DNA from: a virus
Lineage: Duplodnaviria; Caudoviricetes
DNA length: 28,944 nucleotides
Virus record (IMG/VR): IMGVR_UViG_3300042857_000007
Coordinates: 1-28,944 of that record
Direction: 5' to 3' (one strand)
Shown: positions 1 to 7,461 of the stretch, piece by piece
How positions within the stretch are numbered: the first letter of the stretch is position 1
Layout of the letters: each line of letters starts with the position of its first letter
The notes under the pieces: model-generated
What the model saw: the letters and a program-made list of their open reading frames with translations, nothing else
Databases searched by the model: none
What the model was told of the DNA's origin: nothing
Translations under genes and position numbers: made by a program

Positions 1-2
1 AC

Positions 3-137
3 GCCATCAAGCTGCTGGCCGAGAAGGGCCTGAATGAACTGCCCGGCAGCATGGTGCTGGGCCGCTGGTGCGGTGATCCGTACAAGTGGAACTGGGCCAA
101 CGTGCAGGGCCTGCTGACGGGGCGCTATCACCAATGA
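3..137 (+). CDS. Hypothetical protein, 3' end only (AIKLLAEKGL...GRYHQ*)
   Basis: Open frame from the window edge to TGA at 135-137, with ATGA overlap onto the next gene. Confidence 0.6.
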   Translation, partial: AIKLLAEKGLNELPGSMVLGRWCGDPYKWNWANVQGLLTGRYHQ

Positions 138-418
138 CCAAGTTCACGCCCGCTCAGGTGGCCTATCTTGCCGCCACGGTGGCGTTTGAGGTAGAGTTTG
201 CAAAGAAGGAACGGGAGAGACTGATGGCCAACGGTGCAACCAAGGTGGTGTTCTTTGAGAGTGGCGGTCAGGCGCTGGGTGAGTACCTGATGTACAACCC
301 GCCCGTCACGGGGGATGACGTGACGTGGGGTGAGGCCACCTACACGGTGGTGCGCCGTAATGTGGATGTCTATGACAACATGGTGCGGGTCACGGTCAAG
401 CGGGCTGACAACGCCTGA
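134..418 (+). CDS. Hypothetical protein (MTKFTPAQ...; alternative start MANGATK at 224)
   Basis: ATGA-coupled to the upstream gene; GGGAGA precedes the alternative ATG; phage-like codon usage. Confidence 0.65.
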   Translation: MTKFTPAQVAYLAATVAFEVEFAKKERERLMANGATKVVFFESGGQALGEYLMYNPPVTGDDVTWGEATYTVVRRNVDVYDNMVRVTVKRADNA

Positions 419-434
419 CGGCGGATGCTATGGT
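405..434 (+). promoter_or_regulatory. Putative sigma70-type promoter
   Basis: CTGACA (405-410), 18-nt spacer, TGc-TATGGT (429-434); the same ggatgctatggtg -10 context recurs on the minus strand near 6269-6280. Confidence 0.55.
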
Positions 435-440
435 GACCCT

Positions 441-700
441 GACCCTGCCCACCTACCCGGTTCTGCCGGACGGTGGCCTCTGGGCCGCCCGCAAGTGTGC
501 ATAGCGGCGGTCTGGTAAGCGAGCGGTGTACCGGGCTTGATCACCCGTGAAGCCCACGGCAGGGGCGTTGGTTTATCGGTGGCGTTGACGGAGCGGCCCC
601 AAGGCGGGTGCCTTTTAGCGGATGTCAACCCGCCGATGAAAGGTCTGGCAGGGCCTGCTTGTGTGGCGGACGCGTCAACGGCGAACACCAAGCCTGCCCG
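441..700 (+). ncRNA. Candidate structured non-coding RNA or long structured leader (family not recognised)
   Basis: Nested stems 443-449/558-564, 449-453/472-476, 482-489/506-513, 533-538/550-555, 572-590/623-640 (18 bp, one bulge) and 647-652/693-698; G-U pairs work only on the + strand; directly after a promoter. Confidence 0.55.
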
Positions 701-719
701 TTTTCTCAAGGGGGTGCCC

Positions 720-935
720 GTGTTCCTGCCCGCAGCGCCGCCCGGTGGCGGCTACCTTGTGCTGAACGCGGCGCAGATCAGCAGCCTTGACCTGTTGTGC
801 CTGATCCGCACCGTTTACCCGCACACCCGCATCATTGCCCAGCAGATGATCCCCCTGACGCCAGACACAAAAAGGGCCGCTGCACAGGTTGGTACGGTTG
901 CAGCGGCCAGAGATTGGGGTGAGGTGCCAATTTAG
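720..935 (+). CDS. Hypothetical protein (~71 aa)
   Basis: 3' part of ORF 537..935; GTG start after AAGGGGG; no recognisable motif. Confidence 0.35.
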   Translation: MFLPAAPPGGGYLVLNAAQISSLDLLCLIRTVYPHTRIIAQQMIPLTPDTKRAAAQVGTVAAARDWGEVPI

Positions 936-1057
936 GGGGTGGGGCGGTGCTTGGCAATGCCCGCTGGGCCGTCAGGCAGCCCCGCCAGAGCGTTTTGTGG
1001 GGCCGGGTGGTGTCTGAGGCCACCCAAGCCCCTCAGGCGCGCCCTAGAGCAGCCTGA

Positions 1058-1318
1058 TCAGTCAGGGTTGCGGCCGGTGGCCACCAGCTTGAGCATCAGA
1101 ATGTCAGCCTCAACGCGGTGTGGCACCATCAGGATGCTGGCGTTGACCTTGCCGGTGACCGGGCTGGGCTTGCGGGCGCGGTGGTCAAGCCAGCTTGCGC
1201 CGGTCAGGGTCAGCATCCAGACGCTGTTGCTGCCGCGCCCACGCGGGCGGGCAACGGCAACCACGCGCTTGCCATCCATGACGGTGGTGCCGTGGTGAAA
1301 GCGGTGCACGGTCATCAT
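1058..1318 (-). CDS. Hypothetical early protein
   Basis: Last gene of the overlapped minus-strand cluster; ATGA coupling with 1315..1458. Confidence 0.65.
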   Translation of the reverse strand: MMTVHRFHHGTTVMDGKRVVAVARPRGRGSNSVWMLTLTGASWLDHRARKPSPVTGKVNASILMVPHRVEADILMLKLVATGRNPD

Positions 1319-1458
1319 GATGACGCCCCCATGGCGTGCAGGAACCGCACCAGATCAGCCTCACGGCCGGTGACGCGGCGGCTGCCGCGCCAGACGGTGG
1401 CCCAGTTATCGGTGCTGGTGTAGACCCGGCCGTCAAGCATCTCAATCTTGCGGGTCAT
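1315..1458 (-). CDS. Small hypothetical protein, 47 aa (MTRKIEMLDGRVYTSTDNWATVWRG...), not in the ORF track
   Basis: Read manually; ATGA overlaps at both ends fill the gap between neighbours exactly. Confidence 0.65.
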   Translation of the reverse strand: MTRKIEMLDGRVYTSTDNWATVWRGSRRVTGREADLVRFLHAMGASS

Positions 1459-1739
1459 GCCGCCACCTCAAACAGGCTGGCCACCGGGGCAAGGCCGCGC
1501 TCACGGCGCTGGCGGTTGTAGGCAATCAGGCCCGTGTCAACGCAGTGGGCGCAGCGGTCAGCGGCGGCGGTGGCCTTGAACGTGGCCCAATCAACGATCT
1601 CACTGGCCATGAAGCGGTAGGTGGCGCGGCTGTTGCTGCGCACCATGCCCTTACCGGCAGGCTGCACGGCGCAGCGCGCCATGATGCGCTGGCCGTTGAG
1701 GCCCTTGTTGGCGCGCAGGTGGGTCTTGCGGGTAGACAT
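1455..1739 (-). CDS. Hypothetical early protein with CxxC (RCAHC)
   Basis: Start MSTRKTH preceded by GGAG; own promoter upstream. Confidence 0.7.
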   Translation of the reverse strand: MSTRKTHLRANKGLNGQRIMARCAVQPAGKGMVRSNSRATYRFMASEIVDWATFKATAAADRCAHCVDTGLIAYNRQRRERGLAPVASLFEVAA

Positions 1740-1777
1740 GGCGTGGTGGCTCCAGAGGCAAAAGCGCCTTGGCAATC

Positions 1778-1810
1778 CCTATACGCCTGATCGCTTACGG
1801 CTGTAAAGGA
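1778..1810 (-). promoter_or_regulatory. Early promoter family member
   Basis: TCCTTTACA-N18-TATAGG on the minus strand. Confidence 0.6.
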
Positions 1811-2490
1811 GAAATCTGCACCCGGCTCCATATTTCTGCCAGATAGGCGGCGCGGGCAGCCTCATGCTCAGGGTTGCGCATGCGGCTCTCCAGATCGTCA
1901 TGTTCTGTGGCGGCCCCGCCGAACAGCTTGCGCATCCCGTTGCGGTATTTGGGGCCGCAGAGGCGGTAGTTGATCAGGTTGATGATGGGGTCAAGCCCGG
2001 CCGCCATGACCAGCGCGGCGTTGGTCTGCCGGTCAACCATGGCCACGCGCTTGATGGCCATGGGCGGTATGGTGCCGTGGTAGGTGCAGTTGCCAAGGCC
2101 GCTCAGGCTGTTCTGCCAGTGGCCCGCGTAGTTCATCAGCCGCCGTCTGTACCAGCGCGTGCGGGCGTGCATGCTGCCGTCAAGCGGGGCGTGCCCCTCT
2201 TGCTTGCGGCTGGTCTGCTCAAGCCAATCCTCATCCGGTGCCAGCCACCACGGGGCCAGCAGGCCCACGTCAATCTCAAGCACCGCCAGTTGCTCATGGG
2301 GCTTGGCGGCGCTGGCGGCATAGTGCAGGGCGTAGGCATCAGTCAGGTAGACGGCAGTGGGGCAGCTTTCAACGCTGTGTGACCAGTTGCCCTTGCGCTT
2401 GCCACGCGGCTTCAGGCCCTGTTCCCTGATAAGGGGCAGGCAGGCGGCGGCGGTGCCGTGGTACAGAAATTCAGGCGTTGTCATCTTCAT
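1795..2490 (-). CDS. ADP-ribosyltransferase-fold protein, Tpt1/KptA-like (H-containing clade)
   Basis: LYHGT...LPLIREQGLKP...AVYLT..ALHYA...VLEID...IPP pattern typical of the Tpt1/KptA NAD-binding lobe; no N-terminal RNA-binding lobe. Confidence 0.7.
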   Translation of the reverse strand: MKMTTPEFLYHGTAAACLPLIREQGLKPRGKRKGNWSHSVESCPTAVYLTDAYALHYAASAAKPHEQLAVLEIDVGLLAPWWLAPDEDWLEQTSRKQEGHAPLDGSMHARTRWYRRRLMNYAGHWQNSLSGLGNCTYHGTIPPMAIKRVAMVDRQTNAALVMAAGLDPIINLINYRLCGPKYRNGMRKLFGGAATEHDDLESRMRNPEHEAARAAYLAEIWSRVQISPLQP

Positions 2491-2656
2491 CACTCTCAAT
2501 GGCCAGCAGGTCCGCTATGGCCTTTTCCTTGGTTTCACCGTAGCCATAGTTGCCGTCTTCCTCATACCCGTCACGGCAGGCCATCCAGTCAAACTGGCGT
2601 ATGGGTATGGGCGGGTAGATCAGGCTGGCCACTATTTGGGCGTCACGCTTGCCCAC
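2471..2656 (-). CDS. Hypothetical early protein (PPIPIRQFDW...GYGETKEKAIADL)
   Basis: GTG start 7 nt after AGGAG; 3' part of ORF 2471..2794. Confidence 0.65.
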   Translation of the reverse strand: MGKRDAQIVASLIYPPIPIRQFDWMACRDGYEEDGNYGYGETKEKAIADLLAIESDEDDNA

Positions 2657-2810
2657 GGTCACGCTCCTCAAGAAACCTGAGCCACATGGTGATGGGCGGC
2701 AGGCTGACGTTGGTCTTCTTGCGGGCAGCGGCCAGCGTGGCGGCAAGGGCGTGCTTGGCGCGTTCGGCATTAGCGGCGCGCTGCTTGGCGTCATCCACCT
2801 TGATGGTCAT
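2643..2810 (-). CDS. Small hypothetical protein, 55 aa (MTIKVDDAKQRAANAERAK...), not in the ORF track
   Basis: Read manually; ATGA-coupled to 2807..3004. Confidence 0.6.
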   Translation of the reverse strand: MTIKVDDAKQRAANAERAKHALAATLAAARKKTNVSLPPITMWLRFLEERDRGQA

Positions 2811-3004
2811 ACGCGCCTCACCGTGCGCACGGCGTCTACCGCCCGGCGCACTTCATCAGCCTTGGCCAGCGTCTTGTCAGACAGCAGGCCGCCATTGCCG
2901 CCCACCAGCCTGCCGCCGATCAGTTCACCGTGCATGTCAAACGCCACGGCGTCAGCCAGTTCAAGCGCCACCTGCATCAGTGTCTGCATGCGGCTGGCCA
3001 TCAC
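2807..3004 (-). CDS. Hypothetical early protein
   Basis: Overlapped start/stop with neighbours; GGAG upstream. Confidence 0.65.
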   Translation of the reverse strand: MMASRMQTLMQVALELADAVAFDMHGELIGGRLVGGNGGLLSDKTLAKADEVRRAVDAVRTVRRV

Positions 3005-3192
3005 GGCAACTCCTTGGCCACGTGTGGGTGGGCAGGCACACGCTTGGTGCTGCCGTCAGGCATCACCACCTCACCGCTGGTCAGGTCACGCGCAATCTCC
3101 TCAGCCAGCTTCTGGCTGTGGGTCGCAGAGCGGCTGACGTAGCGGTGATCACCGCTACGCAGCACACGGTAGACGCCGTACATGGTCATCAC
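3001..3192 (-). CDS. Hypothetical early protein
   Basis: GTGA overlaps with both neighbours. Confidence 0.65.
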   Translation of the reverse strand: MMTMYGVYRVLRSGDHRYVSRSATHSQKLAEEIARDLTSGEVVMPDGSTKRVPAHPHVAKELP

Positions 3193-3353
3193 AGCCCCCG
3201 GCTCTTGAGTTCGGCCTTGATGCCGCGCACCATGGCGGCATTCATGCCGTCACCATTGGGCCGGTCAACCAGCAGCGTCAGCATCATGCGCAGGCGCTTT
3301 GGCGTCAGGGTCTTGAGGTAGTTCAGGTTCAGGCGGTTGGGCAGCTTCATCAT
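3189..3353 (-). CDS. Small basic hypothetical protein (MMKLPNRLNL...)
   Basis: GGGGGAG RBS; first gene after the promoter at 3392-3424. Confidence 0.65.
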   Translation of the reverse strand: MMKLPNRLNLNYLKTLTPKRLRMMLTLLVDRPNGDGMNAAMVRGIKAELKSRGL

Positions 3354-3391
3354 AGGGTCTCCCCCTTCTCTCACAGGTTGGTTGCCCGGTC

Positions 3392-3424
3392 CTTTTACCT
3401 CAGGGTCGCCTGCTTGTAAAGCGA
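3392..3424 (-). promoter_or_regulatory. Early promoter family member
   Basis: TCGCTTTACA-N17-TAAAAG. Confidence 0.65.
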
Positions 3425-3429
3425 CTTTC

Positions 3430-3984
3430 TTACTCCAGCGTGGCGTTTCTGACGGCGGTCAGCGTGCGGGCCACCTTGGCCTTGAGCGCGGCAAATTCAT
3501 CCTCAGCCTTGATGGCGCGCACCCGCCACTGGCCAACGTCATGCTGCGGCGCGTTGGCCGTGTTGCCGCAGACGGCGCAGTCACCCATGTGCTGGGCGCT
3601 GGGCGCGTAGAAGTGCGGGGCCACGGCGCGGGCTTCACCCAGCAGCTTGGTTGTGCGCACAATCTCAGCGTCAAGCTTGTCACGGTAGTTCTTTTCGGCA
3701 TCCGCGTTGGCGTTCAGCCGGGCCACCTCAGCATCGGCTTCAGCCAACTTGCTGCGCAGATGGGCCAGATTTTCGGTATTCGCCTGCTCGATACGGCGCA
3801 GCCCGTCAATCTCAGCCTCAGCCTGTTTCAGCTTGCTGCGCAGCCGCCTGATTTCATCAACCACCGGCTCACTGTCAGCAATGGCATTGGCTATGAAGTC
3901 AGGCAGGGATATGCGCCGCACCTGCGTCCAGCCGTAGCCGCGCAATGCCGTCTCAATGATTGCGCTCATATCAGCACGGGTCAT
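3430..3984 (-). CDS. Coiled-coil protein with a small H/CxxC/H putative zinc-binding insert
   Basis: Heptad-rich helices flanking HFY...CAVCG...QH; GAGG upstream. Confidence 0.7.
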   Translation of the reverse strand: MTRADMSAIIETALRGYGWTQVRRISLPDFIANAIADSEPVVDEIRRLRSKLKQAEAEIDGLRRIEQANTENLAHLRSKLAEADAEVARLNANADAEKNYRDKLDAEIVRTTKLLGEARAVAPHFYAPSAQHMGDCAVCGNTANAPQHDVGQWRVRAIKAEDEFAALKAKVARTLTAVRNATLE

Positions 3985-3985
3985 G

Positions 3986-4471
3986 TCACGCCGCCTCAAA
4001 GAAATTGGCCATCAGGCCGCTGTCACGGCTGGCGTCAAGATGCTCAGCCGCCCCCAGAACCGGGGACTCCCCGGCAGCACCGTAGATGACCGGGTAGGTG
4101 GTGCTGAGAGCTTCACCGTCACGGTTGCGGCTGATGATCATCAGCACGTCTTGGCGCTGGCTGTGTTCGCGCACGGGCACCTTCAGCATCTCAGGCTGAA
4201 GGCGCGGGTTGATGCGCGCCACCCACGCCTCACTGACGTAGCTGTAGCTGTTGATAGAGTTGCCCCTGAACACTTCCTTGATGACAGCCACCCAGAACAT
4301 CTTTTCGGTGTTGTTGCGCCACGCTGGCGCTGGCCACGGCACCAAGTCATCACCGTCAGGCAGCAGCATCACCGGGTTGGTGATCTTGCCATGCTCGGCC
4401 ATGGCCAGCTTGGCGTAGACGCAGGCGGCGGCGTGCTGCCGCTCAAGGGGCGTGCGGGTGGGTGTTGTCAT
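3986..4471 (-). CDS. Hypothetical protein (YVSEAW motif)
   Basis: Start MTTPTRT after GGAAGG; ATGA-coupled to the upstream peptide. Confidence 0.7.
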   Translation of the reverse strand: MTTPTRTPLERQHAAACVYAKLAMAEHGKITNPVMLLPDGDDLVPWPAPAWRNNTEKMFWVAVIKEVFRGNSINSYSYVSEAWVARINPRLQPEMLKVPVREHSQRQDVLMIISRNRDGEALSTTYPVIYGAAGESPVLGAAEHLDASRDSGLMANFFEAA

Positions 4472-4557
4472 TGGTATGCCTTCCACATGATCAGCATGAG
4501 CATGGCACCTATGGCCGCGCCCCACAGTATACATTCCACAACAGGGTGTAAGTTCAC
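4468..4557 (-). CDS. 29-aa single-pass membrane peptide (MNLHPVVECILWGAAIGAMLMLIMWKAYQ), not in the ORF track
   Basis: GAGGA 7 nt before GTG; hydrophobic stretch followed by K; ATGA overlap downstream. Confidence 0.55.
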   Translation of the reverse strand: MNLHPVVECILWGAAIGAMLMLIMWKAYQ

Positions 4558-4567
4558 AGTATCATCC

Positions 4568-5491
4568 TCAGAGTTTGTAAAACAGACGGTGCAGTTCTTC
4601 CTCGGTGCGCCAGTTGACCTTGCTGGCCTTGACCGGCACCAGCTTGCCGTTGCTGAGGTGGCGCATGTGGCCGCGCCGCCAGTGGGCCACCGGGCTGGCG
4701 TGCGTGCCGCCTCTGGCGGCGGCCTTGACGTAGGCGCGGCTCTGAAAGGCGCTGACGTAATCTCTGGTCTGCACCACGTTGTGGCTGGGTATCAGGTGCC
4801 TGCCCTTCTTGGCGCGGGCGGCGTTCAGCTTGGCCGGGGCGGCCACGTGGGTGATGGGTATGGCGGCATCCGCAAGCAGCCGCAGCATGGTGACCAGCGG
4901 GTCAAGGCTGTTGCTGCCACGGTTGCGCTGTTCCAGTTCACTCTCAACGTGGCCAGCGGGGTAGCGCATGTGGGCCGGGCTGACCAGCGTGTTGCCGGGC
5001 TTGGCGTTGATGCTGACCATATCGTAGATCAGCACGGCATCACCCAGCTTGGGTTCAGCAATGCTGACGCCGTACAGTTCCACAACCAGCGTGTCTTCAG
5101 GGCGGTTGGGGTGCGGGGCCACAAGGTAGCCGTTGAAGCCACCCTCCCAACTGGTGACGCCCAGCCAGCTTTCAAACGGGTGCGGCAGTTCGCCAGCCTC
5201 ATACATGTGGCGGCTGGCAATGCTTTCACGCTTGATCACCGCGTTGGGGATGAAGCCAAAGTCAATCATGCGGCCAGAAGCCACCACGTCTTTGATGGCG
5301 TTGCGCAGGTAGGTCACGTCACGCTCTTCAGTGATGGCAAGCAGGGGGTTGATGGCCAGCATGGCACCACCAAGCACGGCGTTGCGGAACGCCTCAGCGC
5401 TCTTGATTGGCCAATCGGGCAGGTGCTGAAACAGCAGGCTGACAACCTCAGCGGCTTCACGCTGGGGCAACAAGGGCATGTTCTCATTCAT
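4568..5491 (-). CDS. Hypothetical phage protein with C-terminal SPxxHWRRGHxR motif
   Basis: Long ORF with phage codon usage; basic His-rich C-terminal motif of a type common in uncharacterised phage proteins; start probably leaderless. Confidence 0.8.
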   Translation of the reverse strand: MNENMPLLPQREAAEVVSLLFQHLPDWPIKSAEAFRNAVLGGAMLAINPLLAITEERDVTYLRNAIKDVVASGRMIDFGFIPNAVIKRESIASRHMYEAGELPHPFESWLGVTSWEGGFNGYLVAPHPNRPEDTLVVELYGVSIAEPKLGDAVLIYDMVSINAKPGNTLVSPAHMRYPAGHVESELEQRNRGSNSLDPLVTMLRLLADAAIPITHVAAPAKLNAARAKKGRHLIPSHNVVQTRDYVSAFQSRAYVKAAARGGTHASPVAHWRRGHMRHLSNGKLVPVKASKVNWRTEEELHRLFYKL

Positions 5492-5497
5492 GCCCTT

Positions 5498-5530
5498 GTT
5501 ATAGCATCCCCTAAGTATCTTTGAAAGCGA
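5498..5530 (-). promoter_or_regulatory. Early promoter family member, probably giving a leaderless mRNA
   Basis: TCGCTTTCAA-N17-TGcTATAAC, with ATG 7 nt downstream of the -10. Confidence 0.65.
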
Positions 5531-5753
5531 GCGCCTTTTCATCTGCGCGCTTACGCAGCACCTTCATCTGGTGCAGGCGCAGGGCCAGCATCAGGTGCAC
5601 TATCTGCTTGACATCCGCATTCAGGTCAGCGGGGTCATAACCTTGGGTCTTGTAGCCGTGCAGGTTGCTCAGCAGGGTGTGAATGACGGGCAGGTCATTC
5701 TTGGCCCCGTCAAGCAGGTCAAACCATTCGTGGTGGTCAAGGGCGCGGGTCAT
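5511..5753 (-). CDS. Hypothetical early protein
   Basis: GAGG RBS; ATGA coupling. Confidence 0.65.
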   Translation of the reverse strand: MTRALDHHEWFDLLDGAKNDLPVIHTLLSNLHGYKTQGYDPADLNADVKQIVHLMLALRLHQMKVLRKRADEKALAFKDT

Positions 5754-5941
5754 GGTGCCTCACCCACGCAACAGCCGTTGGTCAGCACGGTGGGTGTCAT
5801 CCACATCTGGTCAGGGCGCAGCTTGACCACGGCCACCCAGCCGCCTTCAAGCTTGGCGGCGCTGGGTATGGTGTTGGGCAGGCCCAGCCGCAGCGCGGCG
5901 GCGGTGGCGCTGGCCTGCGTGGGGTAGATGGCGGCGGTCAT
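5750..5941 (-). CDS. Hypothetical early protein
   Basis: ATGA coupling on both sides. Confidence 0.65.
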   Translation of the reverse strand: MTAAIYPTQASATAAALRLGLPNTIPSAAKLEGGWVAVVKLRPDQMWMTPTVLTNGCCVGEAP

Positions 5942-6240
5942 GCCGCCACCACCTTCTGCTCCTCAAAGCCGCACATGGCCACGCTGTAGGTGACGCCCTC
6001 AAAGATGAAGCGGTCGCCCATCATGCTGGAGCGCAGGCCGTATTCCTTGCCTTCAATGACCGGCAGCGGGGCGCGCACGGTCACGGCGTCATGCCAGTCA
6101 GGGTTGCCCGGCCGTGACCAAGAACCGCTGATGTTCTGGGTGCAGCGCCATGCAAACTCAAGCGCGTCTTCGGGGGTGGCGTAGGGGGTTTCAACAGAGG
6201 CCACGTGCACGGGGCCGTGGTAGACTTCTACGGTAGACAT
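5938..6240 (-). CDS. Hypothetical early protein (TQN...SWS...LRSSMMGD motif)
   Basis: Strong RBS GGATAGGAG; first gene after the promoter at 6269-6302. Confidence 0.8.
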   Translation of the reverse strand: MSTVEVYHGPVHVASVETPYATPEDALEFAWRCTQNISGSWSRPGNPDWHDAVTVRAPLPVIEGKEYGLRSSMMGDRFIFEGVTYSVAMCGFEEQKVVAA

Positions 6241-6249
6241 CAGGTACTC

Positions 6250-6732
6250 CTATCCAGTTGACAGGGGCACCATAGCATCCTCTGTGGGGGCTTGTAAAGC
6301 GACCTTGGCCACCGGCACCCGGCGCAGTTCAATCTCGGGGTCAGTAGCTTCCACAACAAAGCCAAAGTCTTCAAACAGGCCGGTCAGCCGCTGCGGGTCA
6401 CAATCAGGCTCATAGTTGCGGATGATGGTGGTGCATTCCATGCCGTCAGCGTCAAGATCAGCCGTCACCACGGCCAGCAGGGCGCGCATGTGGCCTTGGC
6501 CGCGCTTCAGCCGGTCGTTGACGTTGACGTAGACAATGCGGTGGGCCTCACCCACCGCGCCCAGCGCCATGCTGACCAGCGCCGGGTCAACCTGATAGGT
6601 CTGCTGGGTGCGGGGGCCTGACGGCTCAGCCGCCCTTGGGCTTACCGCAGGCGGTTGAACGTCACGCGTCATCAGGGGCGCGCTCTGTGGCGGGTGAAGG
6701 CGGGCAGGGTCATGCGTGAAGGTGGCGGCCAT
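6250..6732 (-). CDS. Putative GNAT-fold acetyltransferase
   Basis: V.V....RGQGHMRALL (motif A, R/QxxGxG/A-like) and L..LFEDFGF (motif B-like). Confidence 0.6.
   Translation of the reverse strand: MAATFTHDPARLHPPQSAPLMTRDVQPPAVSPRAAEPSGPRTQQTYQVDPALVSMALGAVGEAHRIVYVNVNDRLKRGQGHMRALLAVVTADLDADGMECTTIIRNYEPDCDPQRLTGLFEDFGFVVEATDPEIELRRVPVAKVALQAPTEDAMVPLSTG
6269..6302 (-). promoter_or_regulatory. Early promoter family member
   Basis: TCGCTTTACA-N18-TGcTATGGT, lying in the 3' end of the GNAT-like gene. Confidence 0.65.
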
Positions 6733-6737
6733 GCGGC

Positions 6738-6766
6738 AGCATAGCCTATGCGTCACGCCATGTCAG
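6738..6766 (-). promoter_or_regulatory. Putative promoter for a leaderless GNAT-like gene
   Basis: CTGACA-N17-TATGCT-gccgc-ATG. Confidence 0.5.
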
Positions 6767-7240
6767 GTACTGGCGTGCGGCGTCCCAACGCAGGTCCTCA
6801 CGGGTAATGCCACGGGCCAGCAACTCAGCTTCGGTAAGGCCGTCTTGGTAGAGCGCGTAGCGGCCATACGCCTTGCTGCCCTTCTGCTTGGGGTTGGGCA
6901 CGTGGCTGACCAGCACGCGGGCGGCCTTGGCGGCCCGTGCAACGGGGCTGCGTGGGCTGGGCTGGGCTGGCTTGGGCTGCACCTTGGGGTAGGGCTTGGG
7001 CTTCAACTGGGCGCTGTCAGGGCACTTGGTCAATATGCCCTTCAGGCACGCCGTGGCTATCATGGTGCGCAGATCGGTACTGCGCTCAAGCCGTGACAGG
7101 GCGGCCTGCGGCGGCAGCTTGTGCTGAATGAGTATCAGGTCAAGCGGCACGTCAGGCGTGGGCAGCGGCAGGCTCAGGGTCTTGCAGACGGCCTGTTGGT
7201 CAGTGGCGCACAGGCGCGCAAATGCGGCAGCTTCAATCAT
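6746..7240 (-). CDS. Hypothetical protein with C-terminal 'NPKK' module
   Basis: RBS GGATAGGAG; C-terminus VPNPKQKGSKAYGRYALYQDGLTEAELLARGITREDLRWDAARQYLTW. Confidence 0.8.
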   Translation of the reverse strand: MIEAAAFARLCATDQQAVCKTLSLPLPTPDVPLDLILIQHKLPPQAALSRLERSTDLRTMIATACLKGILTKCPDSAQLKPKPYPKVQPKPAQPSPRSPVARAAKAARVLVSHVPNPKQKGSKAYGRYALYQDGLTEAELLARGITREDLRWDAARQYLTWRDA

Positions 7241-7296
7241 ATCGGTTCTCCTATCCAACGGTTGCAAGCTTGTACCGGGATTTGCCCCGGCGCAAG

Positions 7297-7461
7297 TCAT
7301 TTCTGGGGCACGCAGACCAGCGCCCAGTCTTGGGTGTTCTCAAGCTTGGCGGCGGCGCGCTGGCAGGCGTGGTAGGTGGTGAATGAGCGGTCACTGGCCC
7401 GCTCACCCACGCACTCACCGCCATTGCCACAGATGGTGAGAATGACGATGACCCACGTCAT
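7297..7461 (-). CDS. 54-aa Cys-rich protein with hydrophobic N-terminus (MTWVIVILTICGNGGECV...), not in the ORF track
   Basis: ATGA overlap with the upstream gene; four Cys; signal- or anchor-like N-terminus. Confidence 0.55.
   Translation of the reverse strand: MTWVIVILTICGNGGECVGERASDRSFTTYHACQRAAAKLENTQDWALVCVPQK

Noticed and set aside
441-700. Possible tmRNA, tRNA, RNase P RNA or group I intron
   Set aside because: No T-arm GTTCRA plus CCA end, no tag reading frame ending in AA-stop, no GAGGAAAGUCC, and no interrupted gene
537-719. 5' extension of ORF 537..935
   Set aside because: No RBS, atypical composition, and it overlaps the strongly base-paired region
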